Source of the DNA: Welwitschia mirabilis
Lineage: Eukaryota
DNA length: 64,000 bases
Direction: 5' to 3'
Assembly (NCBI GenBank): GCA_051453625.1
Contig: JBOZIK010000001.1
Coordinates: 49,199,645 to 49,263,644 of the forward strand
Made by a program: the position numbers and the translations under genes. Numbering within the stretch: position 1 is the stretch's first letter; each line of letters begins with the position of its first letter. The notes beneath the pieces are model-generated. The model worked only from the letters and a program-made list of their open reading frames with translations, searched no databases and was not told where the DNA came from. This document shows positions 38,320 to 50,467 of the stretch, piece after piece.

Positions 38320-40660
38320 CCCAAAGATCTATCTTACACTTTTATTGAAAAGAAAAAAAGATGGTTTTAGAAGCAAAATTTAAATTCTTCATCTTCCACT
38401 TTACCATTTCTAATGCTCCTTCCAACTATCATAACCACAAAATTTCAGTATGTTGGAGTTCACAAACCTCATCTATAATATGGAATTCTGTGATGGTTAT
38501 GAGACACTCTTCTAGTTTGTTTCCTTCATGTATTACAAGATCAATTACCATTGCCTAAGTTATGCTTGATAAGCAATGATCAACATGGATGTATGCATCT
38601 TTACTTATTCACTAAAAAAATGTTTATAAAATTTGTTTAGGATATAAAGTCATACTAATTAAGCATAACTACATCATTTATAATGGTCAAATCATATTTA
38701 TACTACAACAGTAATAGTTGTCCTGACGGTTCTCCCCATTGGTGGCTCAATAGCAATAATGCTTGAGACTCTGGAGGTTACTCGGAAAAGGCATGGGAAT
38801 CTTTTAGATGAGAGCTTTGATGAAGAGAGTGATACTAGACCTCAGAAGATATAAGCTCATCCAGTTCCTCTCTGAATTTAACAACTATTCAACACATAGC
38901 TTTAATCAAAATCATAAAGCAATTTGGAAGAGAAATATATAATGATACATATTTTTCCTCATTCATCCACCAATGGAATCAGGCTGAAAAATAGAAAATA
39001 ATCAGAATACATCAAACATTTCATTCAACTTGTATCATAACTGTTACATGGAGGGATCCTCCTTGGAGAATATCAGGAAGATCAACAAAAAATAAAGTTG
39101 TCCTTTCATCCTAGCCTTTTAGTGCCTTGGGTAATAGGGTGTCAGTTTGCTTAAGGCTGCTAAATACCATAACATCTCTCTTTGATGAATAGATAAGTTG
39201 ATATCTAATAGTCACCTTCTCTCTTCTGTTAACATATAGATGTACCTTTTGTTGTGCATTGCTATATGCAACCCTACAGTGATGCAAAAATTGTCTAAGA
39301 GTATGCCTTCCCTAGGGATCCTCATTGTTGAAAGACTATATCCTAATCTTCCATAAAGACCCTACATAAATGATCTCAGGTGAATGTTGGCTTGACTAGA
39401 CCAAATCCTATGGACATCTTTAAATTCCATTCTGAATTGAAACGGTGAAAAGGCACACAAAGGAGTTTATAGATCCATGGTAATTGGAGAATCGTTAGCC
39501 ATCTTTTTTTCTTATCCAACTAGTTATTCAGATTCAACTTGCTACATTGAAACATTGCCACTCCAAGAAGGATCTATACCTCTAAATTTCCTATTAGTTT
39601 CACTATGATGATGCTCACTAGTTCTTAGTATCTAATTAGAATGTGTAGGATTGTCCTTGCCAAGCTCTTGAATGAGTCCAACAACCACTGTTATACCATC
39701 TCTTTGATATTCAAGTTCTCTAGTAACATCTCTTTGATATTCAAGTTCTCTAGTGTCAAGCCTGTCTTCTGATTTTTCATTTGCTAAACTGCATTGGCTA
39801 TTTCTACTTCCAAATTCATAAGGCACACAAGAAAATACAACCTTTGTTAGAGGCCAAGTCACAACTTCAGATGCAATAGATTGTCCAATACTTGCAAGAC
39901 CATCACTAGTCTTTACTCGTACTCGTCAAGGAATAGACGAGCTACTTGCCATTGAAGCTTTAGCAGCATACATAGCTCCTATTGAGCCTTCACTATTAAT
40001 CATTTATTGAGCCTTCACTATTAATCATTTGTTGATTATCTCTATAAAAACTATCATTAGCTCAGCCATGAGGAAACACATTGTAATTCTGCTTACAATG
40101 ACAGGACTATCGTGACAGGCAATAACTTGTACAAGTTTCTAGTCAAATTGCTAGAATATGATGTTTTAAAAGCATCTGCAGCCATAGTCCATCATAGACC
40201 GATTTTCATGAATAACTTAATTCGTTCATCTAAGAAAACTTCAAAACTCATATGACAGTAAAGGATTCCTCACTTTCATAAACATTAAGAAGTGCATCAA
40301 GTTCTTCATTATTGTAATTAGTAGTTTCTCTTAGATGAGCCTTTAAGTTCTTTCTACTAACTATTCGTCCTTCCCATGATGGCACAACTTCACCACTAAA
40401 GCGCATGAATAATAACATAAGCATGAATATGTAAATGCAGATGATGAATTCATTAGATTCACAGTTGCAAGCGTGTTTTTAGTATCCATAAAAGCCTTTC
40501 ATGAATGCCAACACGAATGAATCATCGTTTGAGTAGATATTTCAGAGATAACAGGCCACAAGGGCCTCTCAGAACCCAAAAGCAGTCTCATAACTTCAAA
40601 AATTTTGCACAAAAACATGGCTTTATTAGGATAGAAATCAATGCCAAATTCACAGTTAAT
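38320..40660 (-). pseudogene. Long decayed reading frame of unrecognised family
   Basis: Manual minus-strand translation gives long protein-like stretches broken by isolated stops, e.g. MRFSGEVVPSWEGRIVSRKNLKAHLRETTNYNNEELDALLNVYES and PFQFRMEFKDVHRIWSSQANIHLRSFM*GLYGRLGYSLSTMRIPREGILLDNFCITVGLHIAMHNKRYIYML. Confidence 0.5.
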
Positions 40661-42399
40661 TAAGAAAGGATGCTGTTACAGACGATAACACATCAAAGAG
40701 ACGCACATCAGAGAGAGGGAGACATTAATGAAATCAGGAAAATGATGAGGAGAATGCAACACATAAAGAGGGACTCAGCACAGAGAAAAAAAGGTGTAAA
40801 AGAGGAACGAAAATAATGCAATGAGAAGGCAGATCAGGAGGACAGTTAAACACCACATCACAGTAAAAAATGCACGAGAATGCGCGTCAGAAGATCACAA
40901 TGAAGAGGCATTAGATAAAAAGACATGCAGCAATAGAAGCTCAATTGAGGATGATACACAGGGGTGCATCTAAAAATGTATCACAAAAAAACAAGAGAAA
41001 AAAAAGGAACATAGTGGCATCATGCACACAGCATGAACGAACCAGAACGGGAGATGCATAACAATTAACAACAAGAAGATAATAGCACAAGCATCAGAAT
41101 AATACAACGGGGTTAAGAAAAAAGAGATCTGGACAAGAATAGAAACATCATAGAGGAGGCGGATGATCACAGGCAGTAGAGGAGGCCCAGTGCAGAAATG
41201 TGAATCAATGTAGAAGGATCATAACAACAGCGAACGAACAAAAACATGCATTGCATCGAAGTTAGATAGCAAGACACACTAATAAAAAAGATCGGATCAT
41301 CAAAACAGGAATAGAGGCAATCATAAAGAGGCAATAAAGAGGATACCAATGAGCATAAAGTAAGATCATACACAGGGAAGGACGAACAACAAGTGAAAAA
41401 CGCATAGTAGGGCCGACAGCGGTGGTGATAAAAAAAGAGAACAAGGTAGATGAACACCAGTGACACAACATAAAAAAGCATCGCAGAATAGGACAGGACG
41501 TGTAGAGGATAAGATGTGTAGTAGAGCAGGCCAGAAGATAGTGGAGAACGCCAGCCCAGTAGAATGGGACGCATAGTAGAGCAGGTGAGCAAACTTGCAG
41601 AACATTAAACATGCACATTAGAAAAAGCAAAGACAATGATAAATGTCATTTTTTTAAGCATCCTTTTACATATTTATAATTGAAAGATCTATTCCTTTTT
41701 GATAATAAGAATCATTGTATTTATATTCATTCAATTGTTTATCATTTTATATTTTATATAGATACCATTGATATAGTTTAATAAATATTGAAATTCATTA
41801 GATTCTACATTTTTTGTTTTTTAAAAAAAAAATATATAAATTACTTCTATAATATATTTTCACTTATGAATGCTTAATTTTATGATAAAAGACCAAATCA
41901 TAAATCAAGGGTCTTAGATTTCATTTTTAATATGTATCAATTCAATTTTTTTTAAATTTTAGGTTATATTACTTTAAACGATTTCCTATCTGTTAAACCA
42001 TTTCTTTTAATATATATTTCCTCTTGTTTATAGAATACATATACATCCTTTTAATCATTTCCCTTTTAGTTTAAATATTTCTAGCCGCTTACAATTTTGT
42101 ACATTAATTAATTAAGTTTTAAATATTGAAAAAGAAAGGTTATAGGCAAAATGTATATATCGTTTAACAATGGAAAATTGCAAATTCGGTGTTGCATAAA
42201 AATCTTATAATAATGGTCTCAAGATATTGTATTCTTTCAGAGAAATAAGGTCCAAACCAAATGTTTATCAATTGATAAAGCATGAAAGGTATGCAATCAT
42301 TTTGAAGTAAAATCAATTGAAAGAAGAGAGAATAGAAAGATAAAACTTTGATAGCACAAATTTTAGAATTCAAATAAAAGATAAAGAAGTGATAAGTGT

Positions 42400-44400
42400 T
42401 ATTGAAAAATAAAATCTTATGAAGACTTTATGAATCTTGAGTATCATTGTAAAAGGCGTGTGGGAAGGGACTCAAAGAAAGTTTCCAAGATGATTTTGAA
42501 GGTTTTTTTAAAATGTTTTGACTCAACACATGGATTCTTCATAAGAGAAGGCTTTTTCCAATTTGCATGAGCACATGAAAGTTTGTTTCCACAAGAATTA
42601 TAAGTAAGATAAGAGATTAAAAATTCATATAACTCATGGAAAAACAATCTTTTATCAAAATAATGATATGAATAATTTGAAACATAAATTACATTTAGAG
42701 CTTGATATTGAACATGGGAGGAATTATTTAAGATCCAAGGATTTGTAAGAAACTTCTTAAAGTAAGAGATCAAGATAGGTTTTACATACCTAACAAGATC
42801 TTTAATATTTAATTTTAAACATGGATTGAGACCAAGAAGGTATGGTTTCCCCAATTAAGAGTTCCAAGATATCCCAAATTTTGTTTCCGAAAAGGATAAT
42901 CATTGAAAACACAAGGTAGAGTTGGCTTTGCAAGTGAGGAAAATATGTTACTTTGGTAGCACATGAGGTTTTCAAGGGAAGAGGTTGGGATATTTTTAAA
43001 GACAAGTCCTCAAGATGACGTGTCTTATGACTTTCAAGGATAAGGATATTACTTGTTTAAATTCTTTCTTTATTGATTATATCTCCCTCTTCTTTATTAT
43101 TGATTGTATCTTGCTCTTTTTTTCCGTTTTGTTGAGGATCATTTTTTTTTTCTAAGTTAGTGGATTCCTCAAAAATAGCATTAGAAAGATGATAGAAAGA
43201 AAATTTATCATTGTTTTCAAGTGATATATATATATATATATATATATATTTTTGATATTTCTTGGTTAGACTTCTCTTCCTCTCTGAATAATGCTATCAA
43301 TTCTAAACTATAATCCTCATTTGAGTTGAGTTGATTCTTCTCCATTGATTCTAACTTAATACTTATCTTTATTAATCTCATAAGTTAAGCCTCTAGTAAA
43401 GGAGGAACTCCTTCATCCTTAAAAAATATGTGAAAGTGTGGGATATGATCTAATATTTTAATGTCATCATCATCTTCTTCTTCACCATTATCATTGTATT
43501 GTTGCANNNNNNNNNNNNNNNNNNNNNNNNNNNNNNNNNNNNNNNNNNNNNNNNNNNNNNNNNNNNNNNNNNNNNNNNNNNNNNNNNNNNNNNNNNNNNN
43601 NNNNNNNNNNNNNNNNNNNNNNNNNNNNNNNNNNNNNNNNNNNNNNNNNNNNNNNNNNNNNNNNNNNNNNNNNNNNNNNNNNNNNNNNNNNNNNNNNNNN
43701 NNNNNNNNNNNNNNNNNNNNNNNNNNNNNNNNNNNNNNNNNNNNNNNNNNNNNNNNNNNNNNNNNNNNNNNNNNNNNNNNNNNNNNNNNNNNNNNNNNNN
43801 NNNNNNNNNNNNNNNNNNNNNNNNNNNNNNNNNNNNNNNNNNNNNNNNNNNNNNNNNNNNNNNNNNNNNNNNNNNNNNNNNNNNNNNNNNNNNNNNNNNN
43901 NNNNNNNNNNNNNNNNNNNNNNNNNNNNNNNNNNNNNNNNNNNNNNNNNNNNNNNNNNNNNNNNNNNNNNNNNNNNNNNNNNNNNNNNNNNNNNNNNNNN
44001 NNNNNNNNNNNNNNNNNNNNNNNNNNNNNNNNNNNNNNNNNNNNNNNNNNNNNNNNNNNNNNNNNNNNNNNNNNNNNNNNNNNNNNNNNNNNNNNNNNNN
44101 NNNNNNNNNNNNNNNNNNNNNNNNNNNNNNNNNNNNNNNNNNNNNNNNNNNNNNNNNTTCTATCATAGATTAAGAAGTTTTTAGATTTTCTATGAATGTG
44201 TTCTTCATTTAAGAATTGGATTTCAAGGATATACTTATCATCTAACAAATGTTCATCCTCATCTTCATTATTGAAAGATATAGTTGAATCGTCAATGTAT
44301 TCCCTTTTCTTATCTCTTAATGTTGAAATTTGATCCAAAATTTCATTATTCATTTGGAAGAAAGAATCATTATCCAAGTTGTTCTCATTTTCCTCAAGGT
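42400..44400 (-). pseudogene. Acidic gag-pol-derived ORF remnant, loosely similar to the family A internal ORF
   Basis: ORF fragments EILDQISTLRDKKREYIDD...DEHLLDDKYILEIQFLNEE and 42444-42854. Acidic style and position resemble 7500-7800 and 52560-52830. Interrupted by a gap. Confidence 0.4.
43224..43249. repeat. (AT)13 microsatellite
   Basis: Read directly from the sequence. Confidence 0.95.
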
Positions 44401-45496
44401 AAGACGTAGAAGNNNNNNNNNNTGCATTAAAAGATATCCTTGATTTTGTAATATATTTTGTTAAAGGATCTCAATCAAATTTTCTTTTTTCTCCTGGTAT
44501 TTTCTTGGATCTTTATCATTGTTTCTATCATTTCCTTTATTGAATTATTTTCTTCACTATAGTAATTAATGGGAGATGATTCTTCTTTACAGTAATGCAT
44601 GGGAGATGGATGGAATGGATAAAAGTGATTACATAAGGTTGAATCCTTAAGATTTTAATTATTATTTCTATATGAATTTTGGAAAGGAAAGGGGAAATAA
44701 TAGGGTGGTTAAAAAGAGGAATGGGCCAATCCCTACTCTCAACATCTTTTTGTGTTGTTATCCCTCTTTCTGCAAGAAGTTCTCAAATTGTTTTGTTATT
44801 CTAAACCTTAGGATCTTCTACTATTCTCTTTTTTTAACCATAAATCTCTCTTAGGGTCGTTGTATTTATATCCATGTTTTACGAACAATGGGAAAAAGAG
44901 AATTTAATTTAAGATGAAGATAAGTGCTCAGTGATAGTTCATTTTTCCTTTATTTAATGTCTTAACCAAAAAAATGAACTCAGAAAAGATATTATATGCA
45001 CTCGAAGATTGTGTTCTTGATTTTATTTCAAATCCAACTAGTCCTTCTCTTACTTTCTTCTGTTAGTAGTCCTTTTTTCTGATAAGCCTTTTTCTAGATT
45101 GATCATACCACAATCCCTACAAACATAAAAGAATAGAAAATAAATAAAAAATAACACGGTAATTCTATCTATAGTGGGGATGAAAGAGGGGATGACACAC
45201 ATAGAAACCACAAAATAGAAGCAGAACAGAAACTAAAATAGAAATTAAAAAGTGGAAAAAAGAGAGATGTTGTCCGCCTGGTTATGTAGAGAACAAAGAA
45301 GACAATAGGGATTGATTTATTACATAAAATTGAAATCTAAAAATGAAAATTAAAATTGAAAAACTGCAAATAAAAAAGATTCCTAATAAAAATACAATGT
45401 CGCTACAAATATATAGCAAATGGAAAATTGATATACTCACTTGAACGATGACAATCCTTGTACTCCTCAGTAGCCTTCTTGATAATGATGACAATT

Positions 45497-47267
45497 TGCT
45501 AGTGTGTATTTGTGTAAGCGTTATACTCAAAAAACACCCTATCACTTATAACCAAAATAGATGTCTTACATAATATATCATACTAGTATAGTTGGGAGTA
45601 AACCTGAATGTCATATTCACATTAAAGGCTATGCGATAAGACTTGGATTACTTTTGAAAAAGAAATAAAGTAACCAAAACTAAATAATAATATAGTAAAT
45701 AAAAGATACAATGCAAATGCAAGATGCAACCTAATCTAATATGCAATGAAAAATGATCCTAACACTACTTGCTTTCAACTTTGACAAAGACTGCCCTTGA
45801 TAATCTATATCACCTAAGAAATTATTACCAGATTAAGGCCAACATAAACCATAAATTCATCTAACAAACTAACATGCAATAAAGAAAATAAAGTTTATAT
45901 TAAATCGAAACAACATTTGAGTTACAAAATAGCTCAGCCTTAATGGAGAAGACATAGCCCTCCACTAAGAAAACGTCTTTCTGCAATACTTGAAATGGGT
46001 CTTCCACCCTTCGATCTTCTATCATGATAATTTATAGTGCAATGAAGACTAGAAAGAGAGAAAGGGGAACTTATTTATAAAAAGACACAATATAAAACAA
46101 AAAAAGAAGGCACTCCAAAAACACACTATTTTACAAATAAGAAATGGATGAAACAATTAAGGNNNNNNNNNNNNNNNNNNNNNNNNNNNNNNNNNNNNNN
46201 NNNNNNNNNNNNNNNNNNNNNNNNNNNNNNNNNNNNNNNNNNNNNNNNNNNNNNNNNNNNNNNNNNNNNNNNNNNNNNNNNNNNNNNNNNNNNNNNNNNN
46301 NNNNNNNNNNNNNNNNNNNNNNNNNNNNNNNNNNNNNNNNNNNNNNNNNNNNNNNNNNNNNNNNNNNNNNNNNNNNNNNNNNNNNNNNNNNNNNNNNNNN
46401 NNNNNNNNNNNNNNNNNNNNNNNNNNNNNNNNNNNNNNNNNNNNNNNNNNNNNNNNNNNNNNNNNNNNNNNNNNNNNNNNNNNNNNNNNNNNNNNNNNNN
46501 NNNNNNNNNNNNNNNNNNNNNNNNNNNNNNNNNNNNNNNNNNNNNNNNNNNNNNNNNNNNNNNNNNNNNNNNNNNNNNNNNNNNNNNNNNNNNNNNNNNN
46601 NNNNNNNNNNNNNNNNNNNNNNNNNNNNNNNNNNNNNNNNNNNNNNNNNNNNNNNNNNNNNNNNNNNNNNNNNNNNNNNNNNNNNNNNNNNNNNNNNNNN
46701 NNNNNNNNNNNNNNNNNNNNNNNNNNNNNNNNNNNNNNNNNNNNNNNNNNNNNNNNNNNNNNNNNNNNNNNNNNNNNNNNNNNNNNNNNNNNNNNNNNNN
46801 NNNNNNNNNNNNNNNNNNNNNNNNNNNNNNNNNNNNNNNNNNNNNNNNNNNNNNNNNNNNNNNNNNNNNNNNNNNNNNNNNNNNNNNNNNNNNNNNNNNN
46901 NNNNNNNNNNNNNNNNNNNNNNNNNNNNNNNNNNNNNNNNNNNNNNNNNNNNNNNNNNNNNNNNNNNNNNNNNNNNNNNNNNNNNNNNNNNNNNNNNNNN
47001 NNNNNNNNNNNNNNNNNNNNNNNNNNNNNNNNNNNNNNNNTTGATGATTTTACAAATAAAAAACTAGCCTTTATATCAATAATCTTATTTCAAGGATCTA
47101 TATATTAGAATGTGCTTTAAATACATAAAATCTAAGTAAAAATTGCTCATTTCCAAGATCTTATATTAGTTCTACAAAATCCTCAAATTTGCATCTAAAC
47201 ATGTGTAAATGTCTTGAAAAATAGCTCATAAAACCCCATCAAATAACCATATATTGGTAGCGCATTA
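45497..47267 (-). repeat. 5' LTR, family C (centre in gap)
   Basis: Both gap-flanking parts align to the other family C LTRs, and a PBS is adjacent on the left. Confidence 0.85.
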
Positions 47268-47299
47268 GTTATTAACCTATATCTCTATGAAGCATTAGT

Positions 47300-48010
47300 T
47301 TGATAATGCTATTAGATATATAGACCTTTGACATGATCATAATAAAGTTAATAAAATGCTCTGAATCATCAGTGAGATTTAGTGCTGTGAATTTGTAAGC
47401 TCTCTTCCTTAACCCATGATCATCCTTAAAATTTTGAATAATTTAATCCTTTTATTTTATTAGAAATTAGAGTAACTAGAATTATTATAAATTAGATTTT
47501 AATCAAGGCCTTGTAATCATTCTTGAATTGATGTAAACAAAAAACTCATAAATAAAGTGCAATGTTAATCCAACTATTAAGTAAAACCTAAAACTGTCGA
47601 GTCCCAAGTTTAAATCTCCATAAGGCCTTCCTTTGTCAAAAAAAAAAAAAAAAATATTTAAGACCAATCTAGAATATTTTTTAGATATCTCTAAAACTGT
47701 ATACCTTAACCTATTTTCTTAATAAGGCAAAATATATAGGAAAACATAATTTTAATATACATCTTGTCTAACTAATTATTATCTCTCTTATGGCTAACCC
47801 ATTTACATTTTGTGGACTAAGACATTATCTCATCAATTTCAAAACACTTGAGCTAGACATTTCCATTTTGTACAACTTGTTTTAGAATCCATTAGATAAT
47901 ATTTATAAGCTAAGCTAGGATGTTACCTATTATTCCTTGTGATTTAAAATTTTATTATAGCCTTTCACTTGTTGTTGAATGATATTTTTATTTGGACATC
48001 ATAGGTTAAG
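47300..48010 (-). pseudogene. Possible L1 ORF2 C-terminal remnant
   Basis: Minus strand reads *DNVL.HK...GLAIREI (~47780-47835), resembling W..VC.PK..GGLGIRD. This is a single decayed motif only. Confidence 0.3.
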
Positions 48011-50367
48011 TGTTAACATGGAAAAATTGATATTTATGTCAAGTGTTTCAATGTGATTTTATATAAATAAAGATATTAATTTAATTATTTTAATTAAAAA
48101 TATGTCTTCTATTATTTTTAAAATAAGATTTAATATTGTGCTTTGCTCCATAATAATTGTAGGTCTTTAACCATTTTTTGAAACACATGGTATAAGATGG
48201 ACACAATTCTACATAAAACAATTGTGGCAATGGAGAAATGAGGTAGTGACATGTAGCAATAACATTAGAAAACATGTGGCAGTGGCATGTGGAAGTGGCA
48301 TTGAAGACATGTGGTGATAGCTCTAAATATTACATATTGGGCTCATCATAATAAAGATTTCATTTAACTTTATATGACGATCTCCACTAAACACTATAAG
48401 ACAACCTCCACCAAATGCTAAATGATGAAGGTCCTACCTAATACTAGAGAATAAAATCTTATCTACCTAATGCTATAAGATAACCTCCACCAAATCTTAT
48501 CTACCTAATGTTAAATGATGAATATTCTACCTAATGCTATAATCCAAAGGCTCTTAATCACCTTAATCCTACCCTCACTTATAAAAGGGCCTTAAACCCT
48601 CACTTATAATCATCCTTCGTTTGAATAAAGTAAAAATTCTTTAAAGTGTTAAGGTACAATGGCCTACTGAGTACTTCCGTGGGGAGTGAGCTTGTTTCAA
48701 GAAGCTTGAGGAATCCTTTATTCTTCCTTCATCTCTAATGTAATGTGCATTATTTCTAATTTAATACTACAAAGTCATTACTTTTAATTATTAGTTTTAG
48801 TTTATTTAGTACTAGGAATTCTTAAATAGCAACACACTATCAAGTTTTACTTTGGTCACTGAGTGGATTTGATTAGTTAATTGGTTTATATTTTTAATAA
48901 TTTTATGAATCTTGCATACTTTAGTTCATACTTTTCATTTTTATTATAAGGCTATGGGATCAGTGACTATTACATTCATCAACACTCAAATGAAGAATGA
49001 AATTATGTCATCATAATACATGCTTTTACACTTGATAGTCTAAGTTATTTTTTGAGGATAGTATTGCATATGGTTAAGTAAGAACTTGCAAGAGGAAAAA
49101 TTGAGTGACTTAGAGCTTTTTTGCTTCTTACTTTTCTAAACAAAGTTTCAAAACCAATTTCTTAACTTCTTATTCTTTTCTTTTTTTCCTTTATTTTTGA
49201 CTTGCAAGATAGCAAGAGTTAGTGCAATTTTTATTTAGTTAACCCCTAATTATCCCCATGAAAGAATAATGACTAAGTAGAAATTTAGTTTTAAATATAA
49301 ACAATGTAAAACAATGAACAGATTTTGGTGTCATTGCTAGGGGTAATGGCATGCTAGCTACTCAGAAAGAGTACAACTTTTTCTTTCTTATAACCTTTTA
49401 GTTAGATTTTTTTTTTTTTTTTTTTAAGTGGTGGTTACTAGTCCTTTCTAGTGATATATAAATTGGTCCTTTCTAGTGATACCTAAATTGGTTATTTTTC
49501 CCTTTCTTTTGTGTGCTATTTATTTTTCTTTCTAGTGGTTGGTACTAGTTACTCCAGTGGTACCTAAACTAGTGTAATTTGCTTTTGTTCTAACATGTTT
49601 TTGTGTATGTTTAACATTTTATTGCAAGTATCTTAAAACTTAAAAATTTTAACTAACTTTGCATTTCTTTTTACATTTTTAATTTTGGTTTTCTATGCAA
49701 GCTTTCTATTTAAAAACAGTAAAAACCTTAAAATTTTTAATCAAAATTTTATTAAGCATGAATTTCATATGTGTAGTTGTTTCTATTTCTATTTTAGTTT
49801 TTTTTGATCCTATAATGCCAATTAATTTGTAAAATAATTAAGAAAACACTATATTTTTTCTTGCAATGTTACTTTTCATCCTAACTAGTGTCACCACTTT
49901 ACCTGACTAGTATCACCAGCTATTATGCAGAAAATACTTTCAAAAATTATTGAATTTGTTTTCTCATCTTGGTCAAACTATTCGACTATCGAGTCCCTCT
50001 GAAAGTTTAATCATTTAGGAAAACATAACTTCTTAATTAATTTCATGATTCATTTTCTAAAACATTTTACCATGAGTTGTATCTAAATCCATTTCAAATA
50101 CCTTTTAATCAACAACCTATCTACACTTATAGCTTTTAGAATCATAACCTAAACACACTATAGGAGACTTTATTAATCTAGATAGACCTTTAAAAAGTAT
50201 CATCAATCTATCCATATCATGATCAACTTCCTTACAACTTTGAATTCTAAAATCCTTATATTAAACCATAGGAGGTTAATCCATACTCTTCATCTCACTT
50301 ATCATGTCCTTCAGCCTTTTGCAAAACTTGTCAACTTTATATAATCAATAAATCACTTTACCCTTTA
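48011..50367 (+). mobile_element. Family A element: 5' LTR, PBS and leader, ending at a gap
   Basis: The LTR at 48011-49320 runs TGTTAACATG...ACAATGAACA. The PBS is TGGTGTCATTGCTAGGGG (49326-49343). The leader is homologous to 6170-7300. Confidence 0.85.
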
Positions 50368-50467
50368 NNNNNNNNNNNNNNNNNNNNNNNNNNNNNNNNN
50401 NNNNNNNNNNNNNNNNNNNNNNNNNNNNNNNNNNNNNNNNNNNNNNNNNNNNNNNNNNNNNNNNNNN

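Larger units (their letters stand above)
35374..47267 (-). mobile_element. Family C element, apparently non-autonomous, with atypical internal region (continuity across gaps inferred)
   Basis: The left LTR ends CATAACA at 36280 and is followed by an rc PPT, TAGCCCTCCACTTAAC. The right LTR (45497-47267) is preceded by an rc decayed Asp PBS (45476-45493). Leader and gag start (45020-45475) match 33870-34380. No RT/IN is seen. Several N-gaps lie inside. Confidence 0.65.
13580..50467. other. Eight assembly gaps (13580-13679, 34954-34963, 35274-35373, 37681-37780, 43507-44157, 44413-44422, 46163-47040, 50368-50467)
   Basis: Runs of N. The 100-N gaps are probably of unknown size, so element continuity across them is inferred. 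Confidence 0.97.

Noticed and set aside
40970..41636. Four overlapping hydrophobic minus-strand ORFs resembling membrane proteins
   Set aside because: The minus strand is A-poor, so stops are rare in all frames. The L/F/C-rich translation is a compositional artefact.
43385..47067. Long ORFs (224-330 aa) in the ORF track
   Set aside because: They are open only because they run through N gaps.
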